Shown: positions 30,301 through 39,093, numbered from the stretch's first letter. The stretch is DNA of 64,000 nt from Flavobacteriales bacterium (GCA_023251075.1 JAHEZM010000001.1:145482-209481); one strand, 5' to 3'. Numbers and translations: made by a program. The notes: generated by a model from the letters alone, not told the origin.

Positions 30301-32546
30301 GGACAAGTCACCACATAATTAAACGCTGTATAATTTTGATATTGTTGCGCTGTACCTATAGGAATCAATTGATTTAAAACTTTCACTCCGTTAGGATCTT
30401 TGATATACACTTCAATAGGCGCGTTTTGCTGATTGTAGCCCGCCGGTCCGCTACATGAACCCGATGATGGTTGAACCTCTACCTCAAACTTAATACTCTC
30501 CCCAGAGCATAATTTGTAGGTGGTTTTTACCGGAGCAGGATAGGCATTTACCAATACATCTTTACGCAATCTTTGTGCTGCACCGTTCGATGGAGTAATG
30601 ATTACAAACACATCTCTTTCCCAGGCTGCATATGGCGTATCGAAATATACACTCCACTCACATTCACAATCGTCTTGCTCTAATTTTGTTTTTAAAACAG
30701 CATCACAAGCCGTCATACTTTGCACTGAAGCCGTTAATTTTTCATTCATCGGCGTAGTAAATTTCACTTCTGCAGATAACTTGAATTTACAATTGGCTAC
30801 AGCATTATCCTGAACAGTAATGTTGTATACACCATCGGGAATATTGTTGATAGACGTAGTGGTGCTTATTCCTGTTTGAGAACCACTATAATCATCACTG
30901 GCGTACGTAATCGTGTAATTTGAAGAACCGGTGATATTGAGATTTATTTTTCCGCCATGCATATTCTGACAAGGTGTATTTACCGTTGTTGCCGTGGCCA
31001 CAATACTGCATGAATTACAATTATTTACCACTAATGTTTTCGGACAACAAGCCTGTGCGCATCCTCCCAAATCGGTGTTACACACCTTTACCGTATAAAC
31101 GAAATTTCCCACTACAGAAGGTGTTACCACCAATTGTTTCGATGTTCCGCCAGCCACAGCAATTCCATCTTTGTACCAGGCGTAAGTCATATTTGCTCCT
31201 TCTCCTCCATCAATCACCGCTTCCAAAATCACCGCAGAACCCTTACAAACAGTATCGCTTCCACTTTGATTGGCAATGTGCGATGCTGGGGCCATTTTAC
31301 CAATACACTGACGGTAACCGTTGTTGTAAGCGGGTAAACCATCGTTGAAGATGGTCGACATCAATGGATCTTCTTTAGGTAATCCTAAAATGATTTCATC
31401 GATAACAGGGCCCAATTGCTTAAATGGAATCGGAGCCCCTCCTGCTATTGAATTAAAAACATTTTGAACATTGGCTGTTATTGCTGCTGTTTGCGCACCA
31501 GTTAATTCGCTGTACCAAGGATAAATTGTATTGAGGTATTGTTGCACATCGCTCCACGCGATATTGTTGTTGTAATATCCATAGTTCACATGATTCTGAC
31601 TCGGTCCGGGTATGGTAGTCACTATCGGGTTAGTATATTGATAATACGACGAAGTATTGTTCTCCAAAACATTCATCGCCCATCCTACCACTTCAGGATA
31701 AACATTGGAAGTAGCTGTTAAATCCCAATTGGAATTAGCAATAGCAGCTGCTCTTCCGGCAGGAGTATATAAATTAAAACCCTGACCACAACACGCCGTT
31801 CCACTAGTATTATCTTGTACTGCAGCAGCCCAACTATTCCAGCCCGAAGCCATTAATTTTTCGTATGCATTGGGATCAGCAGTAGCAGTAATAACCGGCC
31901 AGATATTAATACCCCAGGCGTAATCAATCAAGGAATGATTTAATATATTTCTGTAAGCCAAACCTAAAGCACCAATTTCAAAATTAGATGAACCAATGAA
32001 CTGAGAAAACTGTCCTTTTTTAAATCTCCACGGCCATGTTTGATTCATATCGCCACACCAGGCATTACCTTCTTCCATTTGAAAACAACCATCCATCACA
32101 GTAATCCATTCTGAACATTTTACAGCATAATCTCCAGGGTTATTATGCCAGGGCTTTTTTCCGGCAGGCCACTGTGCAGCACAATCACAAGCCATACCTG
32201 TTTCATGTGCAGTAATCGCCATCCAATAAGAAATTTTAGGATGATCCACTCTTTGAATAATATTGCGATTGTAGTTCCAGGCGTGTGCAATGGCAATAGC
32301 CCAAGTGGGACGGTTGCTGGGAATACTAATAGGCATTGGTCGTTCTTCACTCATACCATCTACACCCGCCTGAGGTAATTGAATTTCCCCTGCAGGATAA
32401 GCCGTTTTGATTAAACAACTTCTTTCAAAAAAAGCATAGGATGGGTATTCAGGACAATCGAATAAGGTTGGACCTTGAGCTTCTATTTTGCTCATACAAA
32501 GAGACAAAAACAGAGCGGTTAAAATGTGTTTAAAAAAAGTACTCAT
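27384..32546 (-). CDS. Large T9SS-secreted protein: uncharacterised N-terminal domain, Ig-like/PKD-like repeats, type-B (gliding-motility-associated) CTD
   Basis: Signal peptide; many YLWSTG/GxYxVxVTD..GC repeats; C-terminal PDAFTPNGD..N..F...IFNRWG...WNG...VYVY. Confidence 0.9.
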   Translation of the reverse strand: MSTFFKHILTALFLSLCMSKIEAQGPTLFDCPEYPSYAFFERSCLIKTAYPAGEIQLPQAGVDGMSEERPMPISIPSNRPTWAIAIAHAWNYNRNIIQRVDHPKISYWMAITAHETGMACDCAAQWPAGKKPWHNNPGDYAVKCSEWITVMDGCFQMEEGNAWCGDMNQTWPWRFKKGQFSQFIGSSNFEIGALGLAYRNILNHSLIDYAWGINIWPVITATADPNAYEKLMASGWNSWAAAVQDNTSGTACCGQGFNLYTPAGRAAAIANSNWDLTATSNVYPEVVGWAMNVLENNTSSYYQYTNPIVTTIPGPSQNHVNYGYYNNNIAWSDVQQYLNTIYPWYSELTGAQTAAITANVQNVFNSIAGGAPIPFKQLGPVIDEIILGLPKEDPLMSTIFNDGLPAYNNGYRQCIGKMAPASHIANQSGSDTVCKGSAVILEAVIDGGEGANMTYAWYKDGIAVAGGTSKQLVVTPSVVGNFVYTVKVCNTDLGGCAQACCPKTLVVNNCNSCSIVATATTVNTPCQNMHGGKINLNITGSSNYTITYASDDYSGSQTGISTTTSINNIPDGVYNITVQDNAVANCKFKLSAEVKFTTPMNEKLTASVQSMTACDAVLKTKLEQDDCECEWSVYFDTPYAAWERDVFVIITPSNGAAQRLRKDVLVNAYPAPVKTTYKLCSGESIKFEVEVQPSSGSCSGPAGYNQQNAPIEVYIKDPNGVKVLNQLIPIGTAQQYQNYTAFNYVVTCPYTPGNYTYQWNPGGATGTPANVSGLNPTTYTVVATNTVNTQCTLTDTVYVPFHCAGCTPPKALMSGNKSFCVGDSAQLSVALTGTKPFKIKLSNGPTKWMVSNINANTYSFYAKNAGTYKVDSVWDATCDTTGEGNTVVTVNVLPTVNLGVDKVLCPNASDSLKATTSFASYLWSTNETSAAISVNSAGQYILQATDANGCKNKDTVNVTLNPSINIGFASDTVFICPGSTTMLKPIASGGAGNFTYQWTGAGTGSADSLVASIQGWYKIQVTDSKLCTHKDSIYVKENNSLVIQLSDSTICTGDSIILSTAYSGTGYTYAWNTGATSSSIKIKNAGIYGVVIDNGTGCVGSDSMTLSLNALPNVNLGSDKNICAGTSATLNAGVFSSYLWSTGETSSSVTKNLSGTYFVKVTDNKACVNRDTMVLSVIALPNSDTIKDIQTCAGNNLVFDESIYNNGNGPYTYQWNDNSTASSLSLNNVNANAVIFVDITDKYGCKGRDSAVITILSHLPVQISGNPDTVMCTGESIVLSSQYSTGYNFLWSTGESTQTITVDSAQTITLTVDDGSGCDGTDAIQIKVNALPDMSLVNTSASVCSGAAANIGHDYGVGYSYLWSTNATTATINTSVGATYSVEVTNTSTGCSADTNILVNVHAKPIMTLGNDIDTCAGSTILLQPQSPSQNWSYLWSDNSTANSLLVQTTASYSLTVTDTFSCSAKDTIQVDFKAFPLVNLLNGQDSTSICEGETLAINANNAGMTYLWNVQATTSKIVVDNSGTYSVKVSNGNCSASDTVYVKEVILPKNILSKFINNMSPSHCFLEDGPINISIDTIAAEYSYLWNTGETTSSIVVNTGGIYKVILNEGKCAVSDEVKVIDYCPSTLYLPDAFTPNGDEQNNVFLAYGTNVKDFEMLIFNRWGEEIFRSTDLSKGWNGTYAGHLVQQDVYVYKISYSINNENGFTSKRDRIGKVTVIY

Positions 32547-32724
32547 AGTTGTTTTTTCGGGTATTGTGAATATACAACCTACAACAAGTCAAACCAACGA
32601 AATACTACAGCAAACAACGGATGTCAGTTCTTTGTCAGTAAAGAATTCGGGCTAATTATTGAGCTGACAAAAAACCGCCACAAACTTAAGCGCTACATGA
32701 AAATCTTTTTTTTATTTAGTTTAG

Positions 32725-32750
32725 CGTTATTCTTTTAAAGGAATAACGAT
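32725..32750. promoter_or_regulatory. ModE-type operator palindrome overlapping the modE start codon
   Basis: CGTTATTC-TTTTAAAG-GAATAACG(AT), i.e. CGTTAT-N12-ATAACG, matching the known ModE box geometry. Confidence 0.75.
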
Positions 32751-33105
32751 GGCGAAAACCTCAAAAAAACAAACCTACAGAATACGCGGAAGAATCTGGA
32801 TTGAAAGCAACAATGAGGCTTTCCTAGGTTCGGGCAGAGTAGAATTGCTGGAAAAAGTAAAAGAATATGGTTCCATTTCCAAAGCAGCCAAAGCCATGAA
32901 AATGTCTTATCGCCAAGCATGGGAACTCATAGATTCCATGAACAGCAAAGCCAAAAATCCTTTGGTAATTAAACAAAGCGGCGGTAAAAATGGAGGTGGT
33001 GCAAGTATCACTGAGGCTGGTGAAGAAGCGATCTCCACTTTCAAAAATTTAAGAGAAGAAATGTTCCAGTTTTTAGAAATGAAAAACAAAAATTTAAAAG
33101 TCTGA
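32749..33105 (+). CDS. modE: ModE-family winged-HTH regulator (HTH only, no molybdate-binding TOBE domains)
   Basis: GRVELLE.....GSISKAAKAMKMSYRQAW and GGKNGGGA motifs; 118 aa. Confidence 0.88.
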   Translation: MAKTSKKQTYRIRGRIWIESNNEAFLGSGRVELLEKVKEYGSISKAAKAMKMSYRQAWELIDSMNSKAKNPLVIKQSGGKNGGGASITEAGEEAISTFKNLREEMFQFLEMKNKNLKV

Positions 33106-33112
33106 TTTTACT

Positions 33113-34093
33113 TTGTTAAACGACAAACACCATAGAACCCACAACTATCTCCGGATTTCGTTGACCAACCACTGCAACCTGCGCTGTTTTTATTGCATGC
33201 CCGATGAAGACGACAATTATACTCCGTCGCCGCAACTCATGCAGGCCAATGAAATTGAAGCCATTGCTGGCACTTTCGTAAAAATGGGTGTTACTAAAAT
33301 CCGTCTCACCGGCGGAGAACCTTTGGTGAGAAAAGATGCAGCAGATATTATTGAACGACTGAGTAAATATCCTGTTGAATTGACCATGACAACCAATGGT
33401 GTACGACTGGATGAGTTTTTTGACCTATTGAAAAACTCAAGAGTGCGATCTTTAAATATCAGTCTGGATACTCTACAGGCCGCCAAATTCAAAGAAATCA
33501 CCAAAAGAGATTTATTTGATAAAGTATACTCAAATATTTTACAAGCATTAGAACTCGGCTTCCGCGTAAAAGTAAATTGTGTAGCAACCAAAGGAGTAAA
33601 TGATGACGAAATACATGATTTTATTGCCCTCACCAAACATCTTCCCCTTCATGTGCGCTTCATTGAATTTATGCCTTTCGCTGGCAATCGCTGGATGAAA
33701 GAAAAAGTAATGGGCTTGCAGGAAATTTTGAATTTAGTTTCTGCCGAATACGACACTATTCCAATTACAAGAGACAAACACGACACCGCAAAAAAATATA
33801 AAGTGATTGGTCACGAAGGTACTTTTGCTGTCATTAGTACTATGACTTCTCCCTTCTGCGGAGATTGTAATCGCTTGCGTTTAACTGCCGACGGCAAAAT
33901 GAAAAACTGTTTGTTTTCCAAAGAGGAAAATGATTTGCTCTCTGCTTTCCGCCGCGGAGAAAATATTGAAAATTTGGTTTTACAAAATGTACAAAACAAA
34001 GCAAAAGAAAGAGGCGGACAAATTACCGATGATTTCGAAACGAAAAATGCAGCTGCACTCACAAATAGAAGCATGATAAGTATTGGAGGTTAA
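33113..34093 (+). CDS. moaA: GTP 3',8-cyclase
   Basis: YLRISLT..CNLRCFYC, FCGDCNRLRLTADG, C-terminal IGG. Confidence 0.96.
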   Translation: MLNDKHHRTHNYLRISLTNHCNLRCFYCMPDEDDNYTPSPQLMQANEIEAIAGTFVKMGVTKIRLTGGEPLVRKDAADIIERLSKYPVELTMTTNGVRLDEFFDLLKNSRVRSLNISLDTLQAAKFKEITKRDLFDKVYSNILQALELGFRVKVNCVATKGVNDDEIHDFIALTKHLPLHVRFIEFMPFAGNRWMKEKVMGLQEILNLVSAEYDTIPITRDKHDTAKKYKVIGHEGTFAVISTMTSPFCGDCNRLRLTADGKMKNCLFSKEENDLLSAFRRGENIENLVLQNVQNKAKERGGQITDDFETKNAAALTNRSMISIGG

Positions 34094-35263
34094 ATGATTT
34101 CAGTTAACGAAGCAATAAATATTATCCATAAAAACACCACCTCTTTGGCGGTAGAAAAAATAAATTGTGCAGAAGCAGTTCATCGCATTTTAGCTGAAGA
34201 TATTTTTTCTTCCATCAACACTCCCCCCTTTGAACAATCAGCAATGGATGGTTATGCTTTTTGTTTTGCCGATTTTAAAAACAAACCCTTAGCTATTTCA
34301 GGAATTATTGCCGCAGGAGATGTTGGCTCTTTACCTGCTCAACACGTCTGCAGAATATTCACTGGAGCAGCACTTCCGCAAGGCGCCGACACAGTGGTGA
34401 TGCAGGAAAAAGTTTCTGTTTCAGAAAATATGCTTTCCATTTTGGACGAAAATATTCAACAGGGCAGCAACGTGCGACCCAAAGGTTCTGAGATAAAAAA
34501 AGGTGAGTTGGCACTACCTAAAAAAACAAAATTAAATCCTTCTGCAATCGGATTACTCGCTAGTTTAGGACTCACCCAAATTTCTGTTTATTCTTTACCT
34601 CGCGTAAGCATTATCATCACCGGAAAAGAATTGAATACTCCCGGAAATTCTTTGCAAGAAGGAAAAGTATACGAAAGTAATTCTTACGGTTTGAGTGCTG
34701 CACTTTCACAAAATGGAATTAATAAAATCAACATTTTTCGTGTAGACGACAACAAAGAAGCAACCAAAAATATTATTGAAAAAGCTTTACAAGAAAGTGA
34801 TTTACTCATTCTCACCGGTGGCGTATCCGTGGGTGATTACGATTATGTAGCCCAAGCTCTGGAAGAATGTAAAGTGGATATTCTCTTTCATAGAGTGAAA
34901 CAAAAACCAGGAAAACCTATCCTCTTTGGAAAGAAAAAAAACATTCCTGTTTTTGGCTTACCGGGAAATCCTGCCGCCGTAATGACTTGCTTTTACAAAT
35001 ATGTTTTGCCTTGTATTTCTCTTTTGCAGGGAAAAGAAAATTCAACTCTTTCCCTCCTGCTTCCTTTAAAAAATTCTTATTCCAAAAAGAAAGGACTCAC
35101 GCATTTCTTAAAAGGAAAAATAGAAGGAAATGAAGTCATCGCATTAACCGGACAAGAATCTTACAAACTACTCTCCTTCACAGAAGCCAATTGCATTATT
35201 GAACTGGAAGAAGAAAAAGAAAATTTTGAAAAAGGAACTTTAGTAACTACTCATTTAATATAA
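34094..35263 (+). CDS. moeA: Molybdopterin molybdotransferase
   Basis: SAMDGYA, RIFTGA..P.GADTVVMQE, GGVSVG.YD, KPGKP and GLPGNP motifs. Confidence 0.95.
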   Translation: MISVNEAINIIHKNTTSLAVEKINCAEAVHRILAEDIFSSINTPPFEQSAMDGYAFCFADFKNKPLAISGIIAAGDVGSLPAQHVCRIFTGAALPQGADTVVMQEKVSVSENMLSILDENIQQGSNVRPKGSEIKKGELALPKKTKLNPSAIGLLASLGLTQISVYSLPRVSIIITGKELNTPGNSLQEGKVYESNSYGLSAALSQNGINKINIFRVDDNKEATKNIIEKALQESDLLILTGGVSVGDYDYVAQALEECKVDILFHRVKQKPGKPILFGKKKNIPVFGLPGNPAAVMTCFYKYVLPCISLLQGKENSTLSLLLPLKNSYSKKKGLTHFLKGKIEGNEVIALTGQESYKLLSFTEANCIIELEEEKENFEKGTLVTTHLI

Positions 35264-35264
35264 A

Positions 35265-35999
35265 ATGGAAACTACTTCTTTACTTTTTATGCTTATTCTT
35301 TTTGGCGTTGCTTTTTTGTATTCTTCCGTCGGACACGGCGGAGCAAGCGGCTATCTTGCATTAATGGCCATTTTCAGCTTCGCCCCTGCTTTCATGAAAC
35401 CTACGGCTTTGATGCTTAATATTTTTGTATCAGCCATTGCCTTCATTCAATTTTACCGTGGCAAACATTTTCAGTGGAAATTATTTTTACCTCTGGCACT
35501 CACTTCTGTACCCGCTGCTTTTATAGGTGGATTATTGGTTATCGATGGAAATATCTACAAACAAATTCTTGGTTTTTTATTGCTCCTGCCCATCGCGCGT
35601 TTTCTTTTTTTTAATAAAATAAAAGTGGAAGAGAAAAAACCTTACTCTAATATCGGACTCCTCCTGATGGGTGCCGGTATTGGTTTATTATCAGGAATGA
35701 TAGGCATTGGCGGAGGAATCGTTTTAGCACCGATATTGTTATTACTTCATTGGGCCGATCAAAAACAAACAGCTGCCATTTGCGCTTTATTTATTTTTGT
35801 GAACTCAGCATCCGGACTCGCCGGACAATTGACCAAAGGCATTTCCTTCACACCGGAAATGTTTTCATATGTGTTGATTGCTGCTATGGGCGGAACTTTG
35901 GGCGCTTACTACGGCTCACTCCGATTCAACCAACAAGTATTGAAACATATTTTAGCAAGCGTGTTAATGATTGCCTGTGCTAAATTACTCTTGGTATAA
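35265..35999 (+). CDS. TauE/SafE (TSUP) family permease
   Basis: Multi-TM protein with SSVGHGGASGY and SGMIGIGGGI repeats. Confidence 0.88.
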   Translation: METTSLLFMLILFGVAFLYSSVGHGGASGYLALMAIFSFAPAFMKPTALMLNIFVSAIAFIQFYRGKHFQWKLFLPLALTSVPAAFIGGLLVIDGNIYKQILGFLLLLPIARFLFFNKIKVEEKKPYSNIGLLLMGAGIGLLSGMIGIGGGIVLAPILLLLHWADQKQTAAICALFIFVNSASGLAGQLTKGISFTPEMFSYVLIAAMGGTLGAYYGSLRFNQQVLKHILASVLMIACAKLLLV

Positions 36000-36239
36000 A
36001 TGAATGAAACCATAAAAATATTGGCCTTCGGGAAAATAACTGACATCACAGGTGCAGTCTCTTTCCTTTTTCCTCATTGCCCAAACACGGATATTTTCAA
36101 AGAAAAATTATTTCAAAAATACCCCGAATTAAAAACTCTTTCTTTTGCTTTGGCGGTGAATAAACAAATGGTGACTTCAAAAACAGAAATACAACCCAAC
36201 GACGAAATAGTCCTTCTGCCGCCATCTTCAGGAGGATAA
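36000..36239 (+). CDS. moaD: Molybdopterin synthase sulfur carrier
   Basis: 79 aa; AVN...DEIVLLPPSSGG with C-terminal GG. Confidence 0.92.
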   Translation: MNETIKILAFGKITDITGAVSFLFPHCPNTDIFKEKLFQKYPELKTLSFALAVNKQMVTSKTEIQPNDEIVLLPPSSGG

Positions 36240-36250
36240 AAAATAAAAAC

Positions 36251-36691
36251 ATGGAAAAGAAAATCAAAAATATTTTTACAGAAGGAGCCATCACTCCTGT
36301 ATTTATCAGTGATTCTATCAGCAAGCACAGCACTAAAAAAAATATTGGCGCACACAGTATTTTTCTCGGACAAGTGCGCAACGACCTTATAGATGGCAAA
36401 GAAGTAAGCGCTATTGAATACACTTCTTATACCGATATGGCGATGGAAAAAATGGCAATAATACGCGAAGAAATTTTCAGCAAATATTCCTTAACCTGCA
36501 TGCACATTCACCATTCCTTAGGAAAAATAAATGCGGGAGAAATTTGCCTCTTTGTCTTTACTTCCTCCGCTCACCGCAAAGCCGCCATTGACGCCTGTGA
36601 AGAAGTAGTGGAAAGAATTAAAAAAGAATTACCCATCTGGGGGAAAGAAATTTTTGTTGACAATACGCACCAATGGAAAGTGAACTCGTAG
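36251..36691 (+). CDS. moaE: Molybdopterin synthase catalytic subunit
   Basis: GAHSIFLGQVR, SAHR and IKKELPIWGKE motifs. Confidence 0.93.
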   Translation: MEKKIKNIFTEGAITPVFISDSISKHSTKKNIGAHSIFLGQVRNDLIDGKEVSAIEYTSYTDMAMEKMAIIREEIFSKYSLTCMHIHHSLGKINAGEICLFVFTSSAHRKAAIDACEEVVERIKKELPIWGKEIFVDNTHQWKVNS

Positions 36692-36772
36692 AGACGCATT
36701 GCATGCGTCTTCAAAAAGATTAATTCCGATTAAAGGAATATCTTTTTAACGCCAGATGCTATCTGGCGCTAC
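36688..36772. repeat. Inverted pair of GTAG-type REP hairpins (REPIN-like), family C
   Basis: GTAG-AGACGCA-TTGCA-TGCGTCT on + (36688-36710). GTAG-CGCCAGAT-AGC-ATCTGGCG on - (36750-36772). Inner IR AAAAAGAT/ATCTTTTT. Confidence 0.8.
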
Positions 36773-36815
36773 GGTGGGGATTCCAACATAACAATTTAAT
36801 TTTTAACTTTCTCTT

Positions 36816-37727
36816 ATGAACGACATTACATTTAAAATCAGCAGTCTGCGCAAAGCCACTGCCACAGCAATAGTGAAAGTTTCCAAAAAAGAAACTATTG
36901 AAGCCATTGAAAATAAAAAAGTACCTAAGGGCGACATCTTTGAGTTTTCACGTGCTGCAGGCTTGCTGGCCATCAAAAAAACAAGCGACTTAATTCCCGA
37001 TTGCCATCCGCTGCCAATTGAATACGCTAACATTCAATATAAAATTGACGGACTCTCCATTATTATTTCTGTAGAAGTACACACCATTTATAAAACCGGC
37101 GTTGAAGTAGAAGCCATGCACGGCGCATCTTTAGTAGCACTTACCATTTATGATATGTTGAAGCCTATCGACAAAGGAGTAGAAATATTCAACATCAAAC
37201 TGGAAAATAAAAAAGGCGGAAAATCGGATTTTGCAGACCGACCCCTTCATACTTTAAAAACTGCAGTAGTAGTTTGTTCCGACAGTATTTCAGCAGGAAG
37301 TAAACAGGATTTTGCCGGAAAAGCTATCATAGAAAAATTAAAGAAAAACAACATCAACTCGGTGAGCTATGAAATTATTCCCGATGAAATTACCGACATA
37401 CAAAGCAAAGCAAAACAATACTCCAAAGAAAAATTTGATCTTTTGATTTTCACCGGCGGCACTGGTTTATCACCAAGAGATGTAACACCGGAAGCCTTGA
37501 AGCCATTATTCGATAGAGAGATTCCCGGCATCATGGAAGCCGCAAGAAAGTACGGACAAGACAGAACGCCTTACGCTATGTTGTCGCGAGGAATTGCAGG
37601 TTTCATTGAAAACACACTTGTACTTGCTTTACCTGGTTCTACCAAAGGAGCAGCAGAAACCATGGATGCCCTCTTTCCTGCCATCCTTCATATTTTTAAA
37701 GTCGCTGAAGGTGCACACCACGACTAA
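36816..37727 (+). CDS. moaCB: Bifunctional MoaC/MoaB(MogA-like) molybdenum cofactor biosynthesis protein
   Basis: LIPDCHPL and KTGVEVEA..YDMLK (MoaC); TGGTGLSPRDVTPEA and LPGS (MoaB/MogA). Confidence 0.93.
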   Translation: MNDITFKISSLRKATATAIVKVSKKETIEAIENKKVPKGDIFEFSRAAGLLAIKKTSDLIPDCHPLPIEYANIQYKIDGLSIIISVEVHTIYKTGVEVEAMHGASLVALTIYDMLKPIDKGVEIFNIKLENKKGGKSDFADRPLHTLKTAVVVCSDSISAGSKQDFAGKAIIEKLKKNNINSVSYEIIPDEITDIQSKAKQYSKEKFDLLIFTGGTGLSPRDVTPEALKPLFDREIPGIMEAARKYGQDRTPYAMLSRGIAGFIENTLVLALPGSTKGAAETMDALFPAILHIFKVAEGAHHD

Positions 37728-38274
37728 CATATTAGGAGTTGTACTCTGCGGCGGACAAAGCACACGCATGGGCAGCGACAAAGGTTTACTCAAACAAAAT
37801 GAATTTACCTGGAGTGAACTCGCTTTTCAAAAATTAAAAACATTGAATATTCCTGTGGCTGTTTCTATCAATCCTTCACAAGAAAATGATTACCAAAAAA
37901 TATTCTCTCCAGAACAATTGATTATTGACCAAGCCCTTCCCAACATTGGCGGTCCGCTTTTAGGATTGTTAAATGTTCACCAAAAATTCCCTTCCCATGA
38001 TTTATTAGTATTGGCTTGTGATATGATCAACATGAAAACAGAAGTCCTGCAACACCTTATTTCACAACATTCTTCAGGCATCACCATTTTCAAAAACGAA
38101 AAATTCCCAGAACCACTTTGTGGAATTTATTCTTCAGAGGCATTGAAAAAAATTTCCTCACTCCCTCTGCAAAAATCAAGTATGATGTATATTTTAGAAA
38201 TCTCTCAAACAAAGACGATTGAAATAAAAGAAAAATGGAAAGAGTATTTTGAGAACAAGAATACTATGAATTAA
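37711..38274 (+). CDS. mobA: Molybdenum cofactor guanylyltransferase
   Basis: LCGGQSTRMGSDKG, GPLLG, LACDM and EPLCGIY motifs. Start ambiguous (GTG 37711 or ACG 37720). Confidence 0.88.
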   Translation: MHTTTNILGVVLCGGQSTRMGSDKGLLKQNEFTWSELAFQKLKTLNIPVAVSINPSQENDYQKIFSPEQLIIDQALPNIGGPLLGLLNVHQKFPSHDLLVLACDMINMKTEVLQHLISQHSSGITIFKNEKFPEPLCGIYSSEALKKISSLPLQKSSMMYILEISQTKTIEIKEKWKEYFENKNTMN

Positions 38275-38470
38275 ATACTCCCTTTATGTCTTTGGGTAAT
38301 ACCCACGTATTTGGCAAAGGAAGTATAGGTGGTCTTTGTGCGCAAAACAAAAAGACGTAAATTAATACCACTTTATTTTTCTCCTATTATTTCACATCAC
38401 CGGATTTTTTTTATCATCGCGTAACAATATTTTCAAACCTAAACCGCTTAACAGCTTAAATACTCTACTT

Positions 38471-39088
38471 ATGCGATTACTTACATTTATTATTTGCAGT
38501 ACATTAACTTCTATTCAACCTTTAAAGGCAGGTGATACCTTAGCTACAAAAAATAATACTTGTCAGAATTTCAGGATAGGTGTCTCCCCTTCCCTTGCAT
38601 GGAGCAGCTTTCCTATTGCAGACCTATCTTTAAACCTTGGCTATAAAAATCATGAAATCAACGTGGGCATCATCCCAAAAAACATTGTCAATAACGTGTA
38701 TGGATTTTGCGGCGGATACCAATATTTATATCCCCTACATAAAAATTCTTTTCTTTTTGCAGATGCGGATTTTTCTTTGATTGCTTCATCTGATAACCCT
38801 GGTGGACCGAGCTATGCATACAACTACACAGAAAATAATTTAATCAACGCTTCAACAAAAGATCACAACATTGAAACAAACTTTTCTGCCGGATTAGGCT
38901 ACCGAATTTATTTTTTAAAACGATTTTCTTTTTCTATCAGTGCTGATTACTTGTATCACCAAAATTCGCGGACGTTACGACCAGAATACTATTCCTATTT
39001 TCCTTCCGAAAGTCACGAAACTAAAACAACTTATAGTCAATTATTTCAGGTAGAAACAAATTTAACTTTCTGGATTTATAAACATTAA
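38471..39088 (+). CDS. Hypothetical exported protein, probable small outer-membrane beta-barrel
   Basis: Signal-like N-terminus; alternating beta-strand patterns (FSAGLGYRIY, ETNLTFW). Confidence 0.6.
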   Translation: MRLLTFIICSTLTSIQPLKAGDTLATKNNTCQNFRIGVSPSLAWSSFPIADLSLNLGYKNHEINVGIIPKNIVNNVYGFCGGYQYLYPLHKNSFLFADADFSLIASSDNPGGPSYAYNYTENNLINASTKDHNIETNFSAGLGYRIYFLKRFSFSISADYLYHQNSRTLRPEYYSYFPSESHETKTTYSQLFQVETNLTFWIYKH

Positions 39089-39093
39089 TCGCG

